Shown piece after piece: positions 8,693 through 18,900 of a DNA stretch of 49,458 bases. Source of the DNA: Solirubrobacterales bacterium (lineage in GTDB: Bacteria > Actinomycetota > Thermoleophilia > Solirubrobacterales > 70-9). A program made the position numbers and the translations under genes. Under the pieces are notes generated by a model that was given only the letters and a program-made list of their open reading frames with translations, was not told where the DNA came from and searched no databases. The first letter of the stretch is position 1, and every line of letters starts with the position of its first letter. The DNA lies in NCBI GenBank assembly GCA_033855935.1, contig JAWVFN010000191.1, positions 1 to 49,458 of the forward strand, given 5' to 3'.

Positions 8693-8951
8693 TACTCCGC
8701 GAGGGCCCCGGCGGTGACCTCGCTCCAGCCGGTCGCGGAAGCCGGCAGCAGGTTTTCGACCATGCAGACAAGCGCCGGAATAGGAGTAGTGTCAGTCGCG
8801 GCTGGCCCTGCGGCCAGAACGCTCAATCCCCACTGGAATGCCACCGACGGCGCGCTCTTGCGCCACGAGGCGCGAGGTAGGGGTTACTGGTTTTGACTGC
8901 GGGGCTGGTGCTGTACCTCTCGCGGTCTTGCTTCGCGCCCGGCTGGGCGAA

Positions 8952-10025
8952 CTAAAGTGGCGCCGGCGACGCGGCGGGAGGAGCAGAGCGGCGCGCGCGG
9001 ACCTCGGACCAGCTCAGAAGGCAGCCGGCCTCTGGGTCGATCAGCTTGAGCCGGACCGCGGCGGCACCGTCCCACGCGCTCAGCACCGGCACGTCCCGGA
9101 AGATCGGGTTCTCGTCATGCGCGCGCTGCAAGTTGTAGTTCGGGACCTTGGCGCTGAGGTGGTGGACGTGGTGGATGCCGATATTGCCGGTAAAGAACCG
9201 GAAGGGTTGGGGCAGTTTCAGGTAGGAGCTCCCGCGCAGCGCCGCGTCCGCATAGCCCCAGCTCTCGCCGCTCTCCCAGTAGACATCCTCGAACTGGTGC
9301 TGGACGTAGAACATCCAGACGCCGATCGTGCCGGCGAGGATCGCCGTCGGCATCTGGACGAGCAGCCACTGCTGCCAGCCGACCAGCCAGCAGATCGCGC
9401 CCACCAAGATCGCCAGGACGATGTTGGTCAGGATCACGCTCCGCACTTGGCGCGGCCGCATCGAGCTCGACCACAGGCGAGGCCCGATCATCAGCGACCA
9501 CAGCGGCCCGATCCCGAACATGACGAGCGGGTTGCGGAAGAGGCGATAGCCGAGCCGCTTAGTCCAAGAGCTGGCGACATATTCATCGAAGGTCAGGGTG
9601 GGGACGTCGCCGGTGCCGCGGCGGTCAAGATCGCCGGCCGTGCCGTGATGGACGGCGTGGTTGTGGCGCCAGTTCGCGAACGGCTGGAAGACGAGCAGCC
9701 CGCTCAGCCGTCCGACCCAGAGATTGGCCCGCCGCGAGGGCAGAAACGAGCCGTGGGTGCAGTCGTGGAAGACGATGAACGTCCGCATCAGGAACCCGCC
9801 GGCTGGGATCGCGAGGGCGAGGGTTGCCCAATAGGGGACCCGGCCGAGGCTGATGTACATGAGCACGGAAAGCGACAGGTAGGGCATTACCGAACTCGCA
9901 AGGTCGAGGGCGCCCATCTTCCAGGAGGGGCGCTCGTAAGGGGCCATCGAATCGCGCCAGGACGGCCGACTGGAAACGGATTCAGATATCGGCACGGGTG
10001 CGGAGTGCGAGGCGGGCTCAACCAT
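8952..10025 (-). CDS. membrane fatty acid desaturase (three His-box family)
   Basis: His boxes HDCTHGS, WRHNHAVHHG and HHVHHL, with hydrophobic segments in between. Confidence 0.85.
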   Translation of the reverse strand: MVEPASHSAPVPISESVSSRPSWRDSMAPYERPSWKMGALDLASSVMPYLSLSVLMYISLGRVPYWATLALAIPAGGFLMRTFIVFHDCTHGSFLPSRRANLWVGRLSGLLVFQPFANWRHNHAVHHGTAGDLDRRGTGDVPTLTFDEYVASSWTKRLGYRLFRNPLVMFGIGPLWSLMIGPRLWSSSMRPRQVRSVILTNIVLAILVGAICWLVGWQQWLLVQMPTAILAGTIGVWMFYVQHQFEDVYWESGESWGYADAALRGSSYLKLPQPFRFFTGNIGIHHVHHLSAKVPNYNLQRAHDENPIFRDVPVLSAWDGAAAVRLKLIDPEAGCLLSWSEVRARRSAPPAASPAPL

Positions 10026-10123
10026 TGCCCGGCCAGGCTACCTGCGGTTTCTTATTGGTTCCTATGTCGAGCCATGCGGAAACTCGAGGGCCAGAACCGT
10101 CAGGGTCGTCGGTGAACGGTTTT

Positions 10124-10143
10124 TAGACTAATTGGTCTACAAT
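10124..10143 (+). promoter_or_regulatory. candidate TetR operator overlapping a -10 element of a leaderless promoter
   Basis: Near-palindrome TAGACTAATTGGTCTA (10124-10139). TACAAT at 10138-10143 lies 6 nt upstream of GTG 10150. Confidence 0.45.
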
Positions 10144-10149
10144 GCTCTG

Positions 10150-10809
10150 GTGGGACGACCCGAACTTCATCCGGCGAGCGCGATCCTCGACGCGGCGCGG
10201 AGTCTTGTGTTGACGGGTGGAGCCCGCTCGGCGACGGTGGACGCGATTGCGGCCGAGAGCGGGGCTCCGAAGGGGTCGATCTACCACCGGTTTGCATCGG
10301 TCGACGAGGTTCTGACCGAGATGTGGATACGCGGGGTCCGTCGCTCTCAGGAGACCTTCATGGAGGCGCTCCGCGATCCTGAGCCCCTGACAGCGGCGCT
10401 CGCCGGTGGTCGGGCTATTCACGATTTCGCCTCGCGCGAACCTGCGGACGCCCGCCTTCTCGCCGCCATGCGGCGAGAGGATCTGGTCCAAACCGTCTCA
10501 AATCCGCGGCTCATGCGAGAGCTCGAGCGATTGAACCGCCCCGTGGAGGTCGCGCTGAGGGATCTCGCGCAACGGCTCTTTGGGCGCGCGAGCCGAGCCG
10601 CGGTCGAGGCGACAGTGCTCGCCGCGGTCGATATCCCCCAGGGCGCGATCCGCCGGCATCTCGCCGCCGATACTCCCCTTCCACGAGGACTTTGCGATCA
10701 GATCGAGGCGGCGGCGAGGGCGTCCCTGGCGCGCGCCGGTGCGACCGTCTCTACCTCAAACAAAGGATCGGCGAGGAGACGAAATGTCGGAGATGGTCGA
10801 GCTCGTTAG
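10150..10809 (+). CDS. TetR/AcrR family transcriptional regulator
   Basis: HTH ATVDAIAAESGAPKGSIYHRFASVDEVL. GTG 10150 is preferred because of the -10 box with 6-nt spacing and no RBS. The ORF track begins at TTG 10132. Confidence 0.8.
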   Translation: MGRPELHPASAILDAARSLVLTGGARSATVDAIAAESGAPKGSIYHRFASVDEVLTEMWIRGVRRSQETFMEALRDPEPLTAALAGGRAIHDFASREPADARLLAAMRREDLVQTVSNPRLMRELERLNRPVEVALRDLAQRLFGRASRAAVEATVLAAVDIPQGAIRRHLAADTPLPRGLCDQIEAAARASLARAGATVSTSNKGSARRRNVGDGRAR

Positions 10810-11215
10810 GGCCCTGTTTGACGCTGTCGAGGCACTCGACGTTAGGGCCGTCGTCAGTTGCTACGACGAGGAGGTCGAGATCCATGAGGCCGAATCGCTG
10901 CCTTACGGCGGCGTCTACCGTGGCCGCGAGGGCGGCCGTGAGCATTGGGAGAGCGTGATCGCCGCCTGGGGTCCATTCAAGACGCCTGAGACCCTGGCTC
11001 TCGACCCGGTGTTCATCGACGGCAACCAAGACACCGTCGCGGTGCTCTTTCGAGCGAGGGGCGTTGACGGCGCCGGCTCCCATTTCGACGAAGGCGAGGT
11101 CGGCGTCTACCGCGTGGCGGACGGAAAGATCGTCCGCTCGCAAATGTTTCATGCCGACACTGCCGCCGTAGCCGAGTTCCTCGAGCGCGCGCCTGGCGGA
11201 GCGCTCGTTTCGTAG
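10784..11215 (+). CDS. SnoaL-like / NTF2-fold protein
   Basis: 143 aa from ATG 10784 after AGGAG. VRALFDAVEALDVRAVVSCYDEEVEIHE...VYRVADGKIVRSQMFHAD is typical of SnoaL_2/ketosteroid-isomerase-like proteins. Confidence 0.7.
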   Translation: MSEMVELVRALFDAVEALDVRAVVSCYDEEVEIHEAESLPYGGVYRGREGGREHWESVIAAWGPFKTPETLALDPVFIDGNQDTVAVLFRARGVDGAGSHFDEGEVGVYRVADGKIVRSQMFHADTAAVAEFLERAPGGALVS

Positions 11216-11280
11216 CTCCCAACGGCAGCTCGTCAGTCGTGGGCTAACGGCTGATCGGACCTTGCCGTCGTTAGGAATCC

Positions 11281-11305
11281 GTTGTGCCATTCCTCGTGCA
11301 AATTT
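11281..11305 (+). repeat. subterminal 25-nt direct repeat, copy B
   Basis: GTTGTGCCATTCCTCGTGCAAATTT, ending 82 nt before the attR repeat, in the same orientation as copy A. Confidence 0.7.
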
Positions 11306-11386
11306 GAGCGAAACCGAGGGAACCGCAGCGAACGAAGGCCCTGCTAGCAGCACCTAAAGTGATCCCAGCGAACGCGTTCCCAAGAT

Positions 11387-11428
<42 letters not shown>

Positions 11429-11436
11429 TAAGGAGA

Positions 11437-11463
11437 AGCCCCGCTCAGGCGGGGTTTTTCTTT
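11437..11463 (+). terminator. rho-independent terminator immediately after the orphan tRNA 3' part
   Basis: GCCCCGC, loop TCAG, GCGGGGT, followed by TTTTTCTTT. Confidence 0.75.
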
Positions 11464-11514
11464 GGGCCGACGAAAACCGTCGGCTCGCTATCGGGGTCAG
11501 CCGGCGCGCGCTGA

Positions 11515-13014
11515 TCAGCCGGCGACGCGGCTGACCGTGTAGGTCAGCTCGTAATTCGGCAGCACCGTGGGATCGGTGACCGACGGCGTCGACTGGGTCG
11601 ACTGGACCGTGTGCTGCCCGAGCGCCGCGGATGCCGAGGAAAAGGTCTGGAGGATGTCGCCCGGCCGGTCGTTCTGGTCGGAGACCTCAGGCGTCTGCGG
11701 ACACGGGCTGATTCCGACGAAATCGCATTCGCGCCCGGTGAAGAAGACTCGCACTCCCTTGCCCGGCTGGACGTAGAAGTCGGTGCCGCGGTTGACCGGG
11801 AAGGTCTGGCCGTCGGTGACGGTGAGAAGCCCAGGGGCCCAGTCGTTGATGTACTGCCAGTCGCCGTTGGCGTCGAGATAGAGGTTGTACTCACCGGGCG
11901 GTGTGCCGCTCTGGCTCGTCCGGGTCGGGTTGGGATCGAGCGAGCGGTTGACCTTGATCGAGTTGACTGTCACCTGCAGGTGGTCAGGTGTCGTGGTCTT
12001 CTTCGACCAGCCAACGTAGAAGGTCTTGCCGTAGGCCGGAGCAGGCGAGCCCTGGTACTTGATCGTGACGTTGATCCCGTTCGTCGTCGGCGTCACGACC
12101 TCCGGCGGCTCGAGCCCGCCCTGCCGGTCGACGATCCGGTAGGTCAGCTTGGCGCCGGGTGCCGGCTGCGGAGGGGCCGGGACGAAGAAGCTGTAGTTGC
12201 GATCGTTCAGGGTTTGCCGATTCATCGTCGCGAGCTGCACACAGGCGGTGTAATCGGGGCCGTAAGTCGTCGAGCCGGTCGGCGCAGGGTGGTCGTGTGC
12301 GCACTGCTCTTGGGCATGTGCGCGGCGGCCATCCGTGGAGGCGAACACATCCGTCTGAGTCTCATTCGACGGCGTCGAGGACGGATTCGCGCGGGTGACG
12401 ACGAGCGTCTTGAGCGAGTGGAACTCGGTGCGCTCGCCCGTTATCGGGCCGTTGTAGGGAATCTGGCTCGGAGTGAAGAAGTCCGGGAAGCCCAGTCCCC
12501 AATGCCCGCAGTCCCAGATCCACGACCCCCAGGCCTTGATGCGGTCATTCTCGGTCGGCCAGGCCCACGATGGGATCGCTCCGCTCTCCCATTCCATGTG
12601 GAGGCTGCCCTGCTCGTCGCCGGGTGCGTAGTTACCCGTTTGCTGGGCCGGATCGCCGCCGACCAGATCCTGGTACTGGGGATCGACCGCGAGATTGAAG
12701 TTCAGGTCGAACGACTGGTGCCCTTGAGGGAGGTCGTCCTCGGCAGGGTGGCTGTGGTGTGCGATGCCCTCGGCGAGACGGGTGTTGTCCGGGGCTTGAA
12801 ACTGGGAGTCGTAGGAGTGGACATAAACCCACTCGGGTGAGGTGAAGGTGAGCAACCCCGGGATGTTGCGCTGGCAGCCGTCGGCGAGCGATTGCGACGG
12901 CGGGCCAACGGGGTCGGGCCCGGCCGCGGATGCCGTCGATGCAGCGATCAGCGCGACCGCCACGGCTGAGACCGTGGCCGCCCCGATCACCCTCCAAGCA
13001 CCCAGCGAGCGCAC
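11515..13014 (-). CDS. secreted protein of unknown function
   Basis: 499 aa. Signal peptide ...AASTASAAGP. Motifs HHSHPAEDD and WGSWIWDCGHWG. No family recognised. Confidence 0.7.
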   Translation of the reverse strand: MRSLGAWRVIGAATVSAVAVALIAASTASAAGPDPVGPPSQSLADGCQRNIPGLLTFTSPEWVYVHSYDSQFQAPDNTRLAEGIAHHSHPAEDDLPQGHQSFDLNFNLAVDPQYQDLVGGDPAQQTGNYAPGDEQGSLHMEWESGAIPSWAWPTENDRIKAWGSWIWDCGHWGLGFPDFFTPSQIPYNGPITGERTEFHSLKTLVVTRANPSSTPSNETQTDVFASTDGRRAHAQEQCAHDHPAPTGSTTYGPDYTACVQLATMNRQTLNDRNYSFFVPAPPQPAPGAKLTYRIVDRQGGLEPPEVVTPTTNGINVTIKYQGSPAPAYGKTFYVGWSKKTTTPDHLQVTVNSIKVNRSLDPNPTRTSQSGTPPGEYNLYLDANGDWQYINDWAPGLLTVTDGQTFPVNRGTDFYVQPGKGVRVFFTGRECDFVGISPCPQTPEVSDQNDRPGDILQTFSSASAALGQHTVQSTQSTPSVTDPTVLPNYELTYTVSRVAG

Positions 13015-13061
13015 GGCGGGCAGACTATCACCGGAATGTCCCGCGTTTCAAGTCCCATCCA

Positions 13062-13637
13062 TCAGTCGGGGATGAGCCCGCCGACGGCCGGGCGGACCTG
13101 CGAATAGTGGCGCAAACCGGCCTCAATCCGATCCGCCTCGGCGATCGCCGCTCGTGCCGCCCGGCGACTCGCGGGCCCCGAGCTCGGGGCACGGCTGAAG
13201 CGCGTGAGAAGGGGGAGCAGCCGGTCGCGCAGCCGCGTCAGGTCGCGGTCTTGCGGCCGTAGGGCGGCGACTTTCATACGACCGGCTATGAGCGGAGCGG
13301 CGCTCCCCAGCCGCCGAGATGTTCCGACTGCCACCGGCGCGGCACGCGCGCGCAGGACCCCGATCACGGTGGCGAGCTGAATGAAGGCGGTCTGGTCCGC
13401 CTCCGGAACCTGCGCCAGCGCCTTGGCCTGCCCCTGCTGCCCCTGCTCGCCGCCTGCATCCTTCTCGGCGTTGTCGGTGGAGGACCCACCGCCGCAACCT
13501 GGCAGTAGCGCGAAGCCCGAAATGGTCACGACCACTGCCACAGCGACGGCCCGAACCTCGAAGTGCGTGGGGCGAATGGACGGATTTAGGAGTCGGCGAA
13601 GACGCACTCGCGGCCGAAGCAAAGCAGATGCCTTCAA
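13062..13637 (-). CDS. putative lipoprotein, unknown function
   Basis: Lipobox FALLPGCGG. The start overlaps the GST stop by 4 nt. The long, charged N-region makes the exact start uncertain. Confidence 0.5.
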   Translation of the reverse strand: MKASALLRPRVRLRRLLNPSIRPTHFEVRAVAVAVVVTISGFALLPGCGGGSSTDNAEKDAGGEQGQQGQAKALAQVPEADQTAFIQLATVIGVLRARAAPVAVGTSRRLGSAAPLIAGRMKVAALRPQDRDLTRLRDRLLPLLTRFSRAPSSGPASRRAARAAIAEADRIEAGLRHYSQVRPAVGGLIPD

Positions 13638-14407
13638 GAAGTGAGTACAGACTGCTGCGCCGGCTCGGGCAGGAGCCGGTCCACCAGCGCAAGCGCTGGA
13701 CGGCCTTCGAACATGGGCGCGACATCGGGCCGATAGAGGATCAACGCGAGGCTCGGCGCGACCATGAAGTCGGCGGCGTTCAGCTGCGCTCCGCCGAGGA
13801 TTCCGTCGGCGATCCAGGCGTCGACTCGGTCGAGCATCACGGGGAGCTCGGCCAGGAGCTGGTCCTCAGACGCTGGGCCGGCGGCGAACACCCCGCCGAG
13901 GATCCTCGGCATGATCAGGCGACGGGTAAGCGCCCGCTTGTAGAGGAGGTACCCGAGCCGGCCGTCTCCCGCCGACAGGCTGAACCCGGCCGGGTCGCGC
14001 ACCGCCGCCGCGCCTGGGATCCGGCGGGCGTCCATCTGAAGCGTTTCATTCGCCCAGTGCTCCGCCTCCTCGACCGCCGCCCGTTCCTCGGGATCCGCCG
14101 GGAACAGCGGCGGTTGTGGGTGGCGCTCGTCGAGAAAGCGCGCGATCGCGTGGTTGGTCGAGATCCGGTCGCCGTTGGCGGCCAGCGCCGGCACAGTGGC
14201 GAGGCGATCGCCAAGGCGCAGCCCGAACGTACGCCGGCCGCCGGCGGTGCGCGTCTGCCCGCCCGCGGTGAATCCGTGCAGCCGGGCGACCAGCGGGTGC
14301 AGAAGCGTGACGATGTCGACGCGCCGATATGGCACCCGCTTGTGCTCGAGCATCAGCATCGCCGAGCGGCATGCGTGCGAACCAGGAATGACGTAGAGCC
14401 TGTACAT
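13634..14407 (-). CDS. glutathione S-transferase-like protein
   Basis: Thioredoxin-like N-terminal domain (YVIPGSHACRS...VPAL...STNHAIARFLDE) plus a helical C-terminal domain. Confidence 0.6.
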   Translation of the reverse strand: MYRLYVIPGSHACRSAMLMLEHKRVPYRRVDIVTLLHPLVARLHGFTAGGQTRTAGGRRTFGLRLGDRLATVPALAANGDRISTNHAIARFLDERHPQPPLFPADPEERAAVEEAEHWANETLQMDARRIPGAAAVRDPAGFSLSAGDGRLGYLLYKRALTRRLIMPRILGGVFAAGPASEDQLLAELPVMLDRVDAWIADGILGGAQLNAADFMVAPSLALILYRPDVAPMFEGRPALALVDRLLPEPAQQSVLTS

Positions 14408-14499
14408 ACGACGTGAGCTTTACCTATTCCTTGGGGTGGCGCGAAGACGGCGACGGCGGTACGCTGAACAGCGGACACGCAACCAAGGGAGGGACCGTC

Positions 14500-15876
14500 T
14501 TGAAGCGAAGGACCATTGCTTGCGCCGGGCTCGCAGTCGCGGCCGTCGCGGTGCTCTCGTTCGCGGCCCCCGCGGGCGCGACGCCGCTCCCAGGCGAGAA
14601 CGGCCGCATCGTCCTCACCAGCTACCAGAACTTCGGGGTAGCGAGGGCCGAGCTCTTCCTACTGCCGGTCCCATTCTCGATCGGCGGAGGCACGCTCAGC
14701 CCGCCGATCGCGACCTCCGCCACGGAGCGGCACCGTCACCCGACCTGGTCGCCCGACCGCACCAAGATCGCCTTCGCGCGCGGCCCCTCGGCCGGCCCGT
14801 ACGACATCTTCGTTCAGGACCTGACGAGTCCCTTGAGCGCCACGAATCCGAAGAACCTCACTCAGTCGTCCCCGTCGAGCGAGGATCGGCCCGCCTGGTC
14901 GCCGGACGGGACCCACATCGCGTTCGAGAAGGACCAGGGCGTTCCCGCCAACCGGGACATCTTTATCGCTTCGGCTGCAAACGGGAGTGGACAGACAAAC
15001 ATCACAAACACCGTCGGTGCCATCGAGGGCAAGCCGGCATGGGACCCGACCGGATCGACCATCTACTACGAGAAGGGCAACGCCCAGGACGCGACGGCCA
15101 ACACGAACATCGTCAAGCGGTCTATCTCCTACCCCGGTGGAGTCCCCACGGCCGGCGCGGAGACACTCGCCGTCGCAGATTCCGGCGGTCCAGAGATCCA
15201 GCCCGCGATCTCGCCGAACGGAGACAAGATCTGTTACGGGACCGGCTATCCCGCCGCGGGCACACAAGACATAAAGGTGGCGGCGCTCACCGGCTCGCCG
15301 GCTACTGGGTCGGTGGCCTCGATGACCGACCCTTCCTACTACTGCACGTGGTCTCCCGACAACACGATGATTGCCTACACGGCCGGCGCCGGCAGCGCCG
15401 GTGACCTGGTGATGGTGCGCGCGGACGGCACCAGCCCGTCCGAGATCCCGCTCGCCACCGGCACCGACATCCAGACGAACCCCGACTGGGCGCCTGACGG
15501 CCGGCCTGAGTGCCCGAACTCGACGGCGACTGCGACCAGCGGCCAGCCGAAGACGATTCCCGTGCAGTGCAACGACACCGGGCCGCTGTACGAGCGCACC
15601 GGCGTCAAGGAGTTCATCTCCGACCAGCCTCAGAATGGTACGGCGGCCCAGAACCTCGCCGGCGACCCGATCACCTACACGCCGAACGCGAACTTCGTCG
15701 GCACGGACTTCATCGAGATCCAGAGTTTCGACGACTTCGGCTTCGGCTCCGACAGGGGCGTGATTGCGGTCACCGTAACCGCTCCTCCGAGCAACAAGCC
15801 GCGCGCGAAGTGCAAAAAGAAGAAGCGTCACTCGGCAAGCGCCGCGAAGAAGAAGTGCAAGAAGAAGAAGAAGTAG
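14500..15876 (+). CDS. secreted PD40/TolB-like beta-propeller protein with C-terminal Ig/cadherin-like domain and Lys-rich tail
   Basis: TTG 14500 follows AAGGGAGGG. Signal peptide ...APAGA. Repeated xPxWSPDGxxIAF motifs: HPTWSPDRTKIAF, RPAWSPDGTHIAF, KPAWDPTGS, QPAISPNGDKI, TWSPDNTMIAY, NPDWAPDG. The tail is KCKKKKRHSASAAKKKCKKKKK. Confidence 0.8.
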   Translation: MKRRTIACAGLAVAAVAVLSFAAPAGATPLPGENGRIVLTSYQNFGVARAELFLLPVPFSIGGGTLSPPIATSATERHRHPTWSPDRTKIAFARGPSAGPYDIFVQDLTSPLSATNPKNLTQSSPSSEDRPAWSPDGTHIAFEKDQGVPANRDIFIASAANGSGQTNITNTVGAIEGKPAWDPTGSTIYYEKGNAQDATANTNIVKRSISYPGGVPTAGAETLAVADSGGPEIQPAISPNGDKICYGTGYPAAGTQDIKVAALTGSPATGSVASMTDPSYYCTWSPDNTMIAYTAGAGSAGDLVMVRADGTSPSEIPLATGTDIQTNPDWAPDGRPECPNSTATATSGQPKTIPVQCNDTGPLYERTGVKEFISDQPQNGTAAQNLAGDPITYTPNANFVGTDFIEIQSFDDFGFGSDRGVIAVTVTAPPSNKPRAKCKKKKRHSASAAKKKCKKKKK

Positions 15877-15961
15877 CTCGACCCTCTTAGTCCACGGGCT
15901 GTCCACGTGATCGTCGAAGTGGGGCTCAATGTCCGATGGGCGCCTCTACACTCGGCTAGCC

Positions 15962-18900
15962 ATGAAGCGTCGCTTGCTAGCCGCGGTGCTTCCGGTGGCA
16001 GTCGTACTGATATTGACGGGACCAGGGGATCTCATATCGGCGGCCACTGGGGAGATCGGTGCCACAAAAGGTCAGCCCTGGACGGGCTCTCCCGGCGTAA
16101 GCGTGGGCGTCGCCAAGCTCGCCGCCCGTCAGAAGGAGCACGATCGCCGGTTCGGCGCGTCGCCAAAGGGCGTCCGCGAGAAGCCGGTCCCTGTTAAGGA
16201 AGGAGCTGTGCAGCCGAAGCAGCCGGGTCCGGCAGCCCCCCAGCTGCCACAGCAGGGCACCGCTGAAGCGGGGCCGAACAGTTTGCTGACGGCCGGCACC
16301 TCCTTCCTGGGCGCGCAGGTCAGCGAGTCGGGCTTCATCCCGCCGGACTCGATGGGCTCGGTCGGGCCGACCCAGGCGCTGGTCAGCGTCAACGGCAGGA
16401 TCAAGGTGTTCGACAAGCAGGGCAACCTCGGCGCCCTCGACGTCACCGACGCCATCTTCTGGAGCTCGGTCAGCAACGGATCCGACGTGACCGACCCCGG
16501 GGTCGAGTACGACCGGCTCTCGGGGCGCTGGATCGTCTCCGCGGTCAACCTCGAGGCGACCAACAACCGGGTGATGATCGCGGTCAGCAACGGGCCGACG
16601 ATCACCGACTCGAGCAGCTTCACGTTCTTTTTCTTCAATCAAAACGCGCCCTCCCCGCCGGGAGACAGCGGCCTGTTCGCCGACTATCCCCAGCTCGGCG
16701 TCGACAAGAACGCTGTCTATGTCGGCGTCAACGACTTCGGCAGCAGTTTCTCCAACACCAGCGCCTTCGTCATTCGCAAGTCGAGCGTCACCGGCGGTGG
16801 CCCGATCGTGGTCACCGCCTTTCGCGGCCTCGCCACCGGCAACGGGCCCGGGGTTTTCTCGCCGCAGCCCGCGACGGACATGGACCCGAACGCGAATGAG
16901 GGCTACATCGTCGGCAGCGACAACCAATCGTTCAGCCAGCTCGACATCCGGCGGATCAGCGATCCCGGCGGCACGCCGAGCATCTCCGGCACCCTCACCG
17001 TCCCGGTGCCGAGCACGTACTCCCCGATCTCCGTACCGCAGGGCACGCACGGCTCGCTCGACGCTCTCGACGACAGGCTGTTCGGGGCGATGATCGCCCG
17101 CGATCCGGGAGGAAACCTGTCGCTGTGGACCGCCCACAACATCCGGGTCGGCACGACCGGCGTGGGTGGGAGCGGAGGTAACCGCGATGCCGATCGCTGG
17201 TATCAGCTCGGCAACCTCTCGGCCACGCCGACCCTTACCCAGTCCGGAACCCTCTTCGACTCGGCGGCCTCGAACCCCCGTTCATTCTGGATCCCCTCGA
17301 TCGCCGCGAATGGCCAGGGGCACGCTTCGCTGAATTCGAGCACCGCGGGCTCCGGCCTCTTCGCCTCGGTCGCCTCGTCTGGCCATCTGGCGAGCGACGC
17401 GGCCGGAGTCACGGATCCCTTCGACATCACACAGACGAGCTCGAGCAGCTACCAGCTCGGTTCCGGTACGCCCAAGCGCTGGGGCGACTACTCACAGACG
17501 GTCGTCGACCCCACCGACAACCAGACCTTCTGGACCTTCCAGGAATACGCCAACGCGGCCGACTCGTGGGGAGTGCGAGTGATCAAGCTCAAGGCCCCGC
17601 CGCCGGCGACGCCGACCGCCGTTTCGCCAAACCCGGTCTCGAACGGCTCCTCGGTCATCGTGCAGGTCACCGGCACCTCGGCCAATGGCTCGGGTTTCTT
17701 CGACCCCGGCGCCGACAGCGGCGGCCCGGGCTTCGCCAACCACATCTCGGCCTCGGTCAGCGGCGGGGTGAGCGTCATCGGCACCACCTACATAGATCCC
17801 ACCCACGTCACGCTCGACCTCAACACAAACGCCGCTTCCAACGGGGCCAAGGACGTCACGGTCACCAATCCCGACGGCCAGTCGAGCACCGCCTCCAACC
17901 TTCTGAGCGTCGGAGGCGACACGACGCCCCCGGTCCCGCCAACCTTCAGCGCCACGAGCCCCGCCTCGCCGGCGAACAACAACTCGCCCAAGATCCTCGG
18001 AAGCGCCGAGGCGGGCTCGACCGTCAAGCTCTACACCGATGCTGCGTGCACGGGAGGGCTCGCCGGCACCGGGACCGCGTCGGCCTTCGCCTCGCCGGGG
18101 GTCACGACGGCGGTCGCCGACAACTCGAATACGACGTTCTATGCGACCGCCACCGACGCCGCCAACAACACGTCGGCCTGCTCTCCGACCTCGATCACAT
18201 ACGTCGAGGACTCAACCGCGCCATCGGCGCCCGCGTCGCTCGCGACATCGCCGGCCACGGCGTCGGGATCGCCGAGCAACGACATCAACCCCGAGGTCTC
18301 GGGGGCCGCGGAGGCCGGCTCCACCGTCAAGGTCTACAAGGCGCCCACCACCTCCGACTGCTCAGCCGGAAACCTCGGCGCGACGGGGTCGGCCGCCGGC
18401 TTCGCCGCGCCCGGGCTGACCGTAACGGTGCCGGTCAACGCCACCACCACCCTGCGGGCCACGGCCACAGACGCGGCGGGGAACACGTCGGCGTGCTCGA
18501 GCGCCTCCGTCAACTACTTCGAGGACTCGAGCCCGCCGGCCGCGCCGAGCTCCCTCACCGTGTCGCCCGCCTCGCCCGCCAACAACAACTCGCCGGCGAT
18601 CCAGGGCAGCGCCGAAGCCGGTTCGACCGTGAACCTGTTCACGACGGCCTCGTGCAGCGGACCCCCCGTCGCGACCGGCACGGCGGCCGCCTTTGCCACG
18701 CCCGGACTGACGGCGTCGGTCGCGAACGACACGACCACCACCTTCCGCGCGACCGCTACCGATGCAGCGGGCAACACCTCCTCCTGTTCCAGTGGAGTCG
18801 CCTACGTCGAGGACTCGACCCCGCCGGCGTCACCGAGCGCGCTGGCGAGCTCGCCGATCTCGCCGGCCAACGACAACAGCCCCGAGATCTCCGGGACCGC

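Noticed and set aside
8714-8896. 60-aa ORF in the 260-nt gap between the PRC-barrel-like gene and the desaturase gene
   Set aside because: It has no RBS, an unremarkable composition and no motif. It is left unannotated. The gap may be islet debris.
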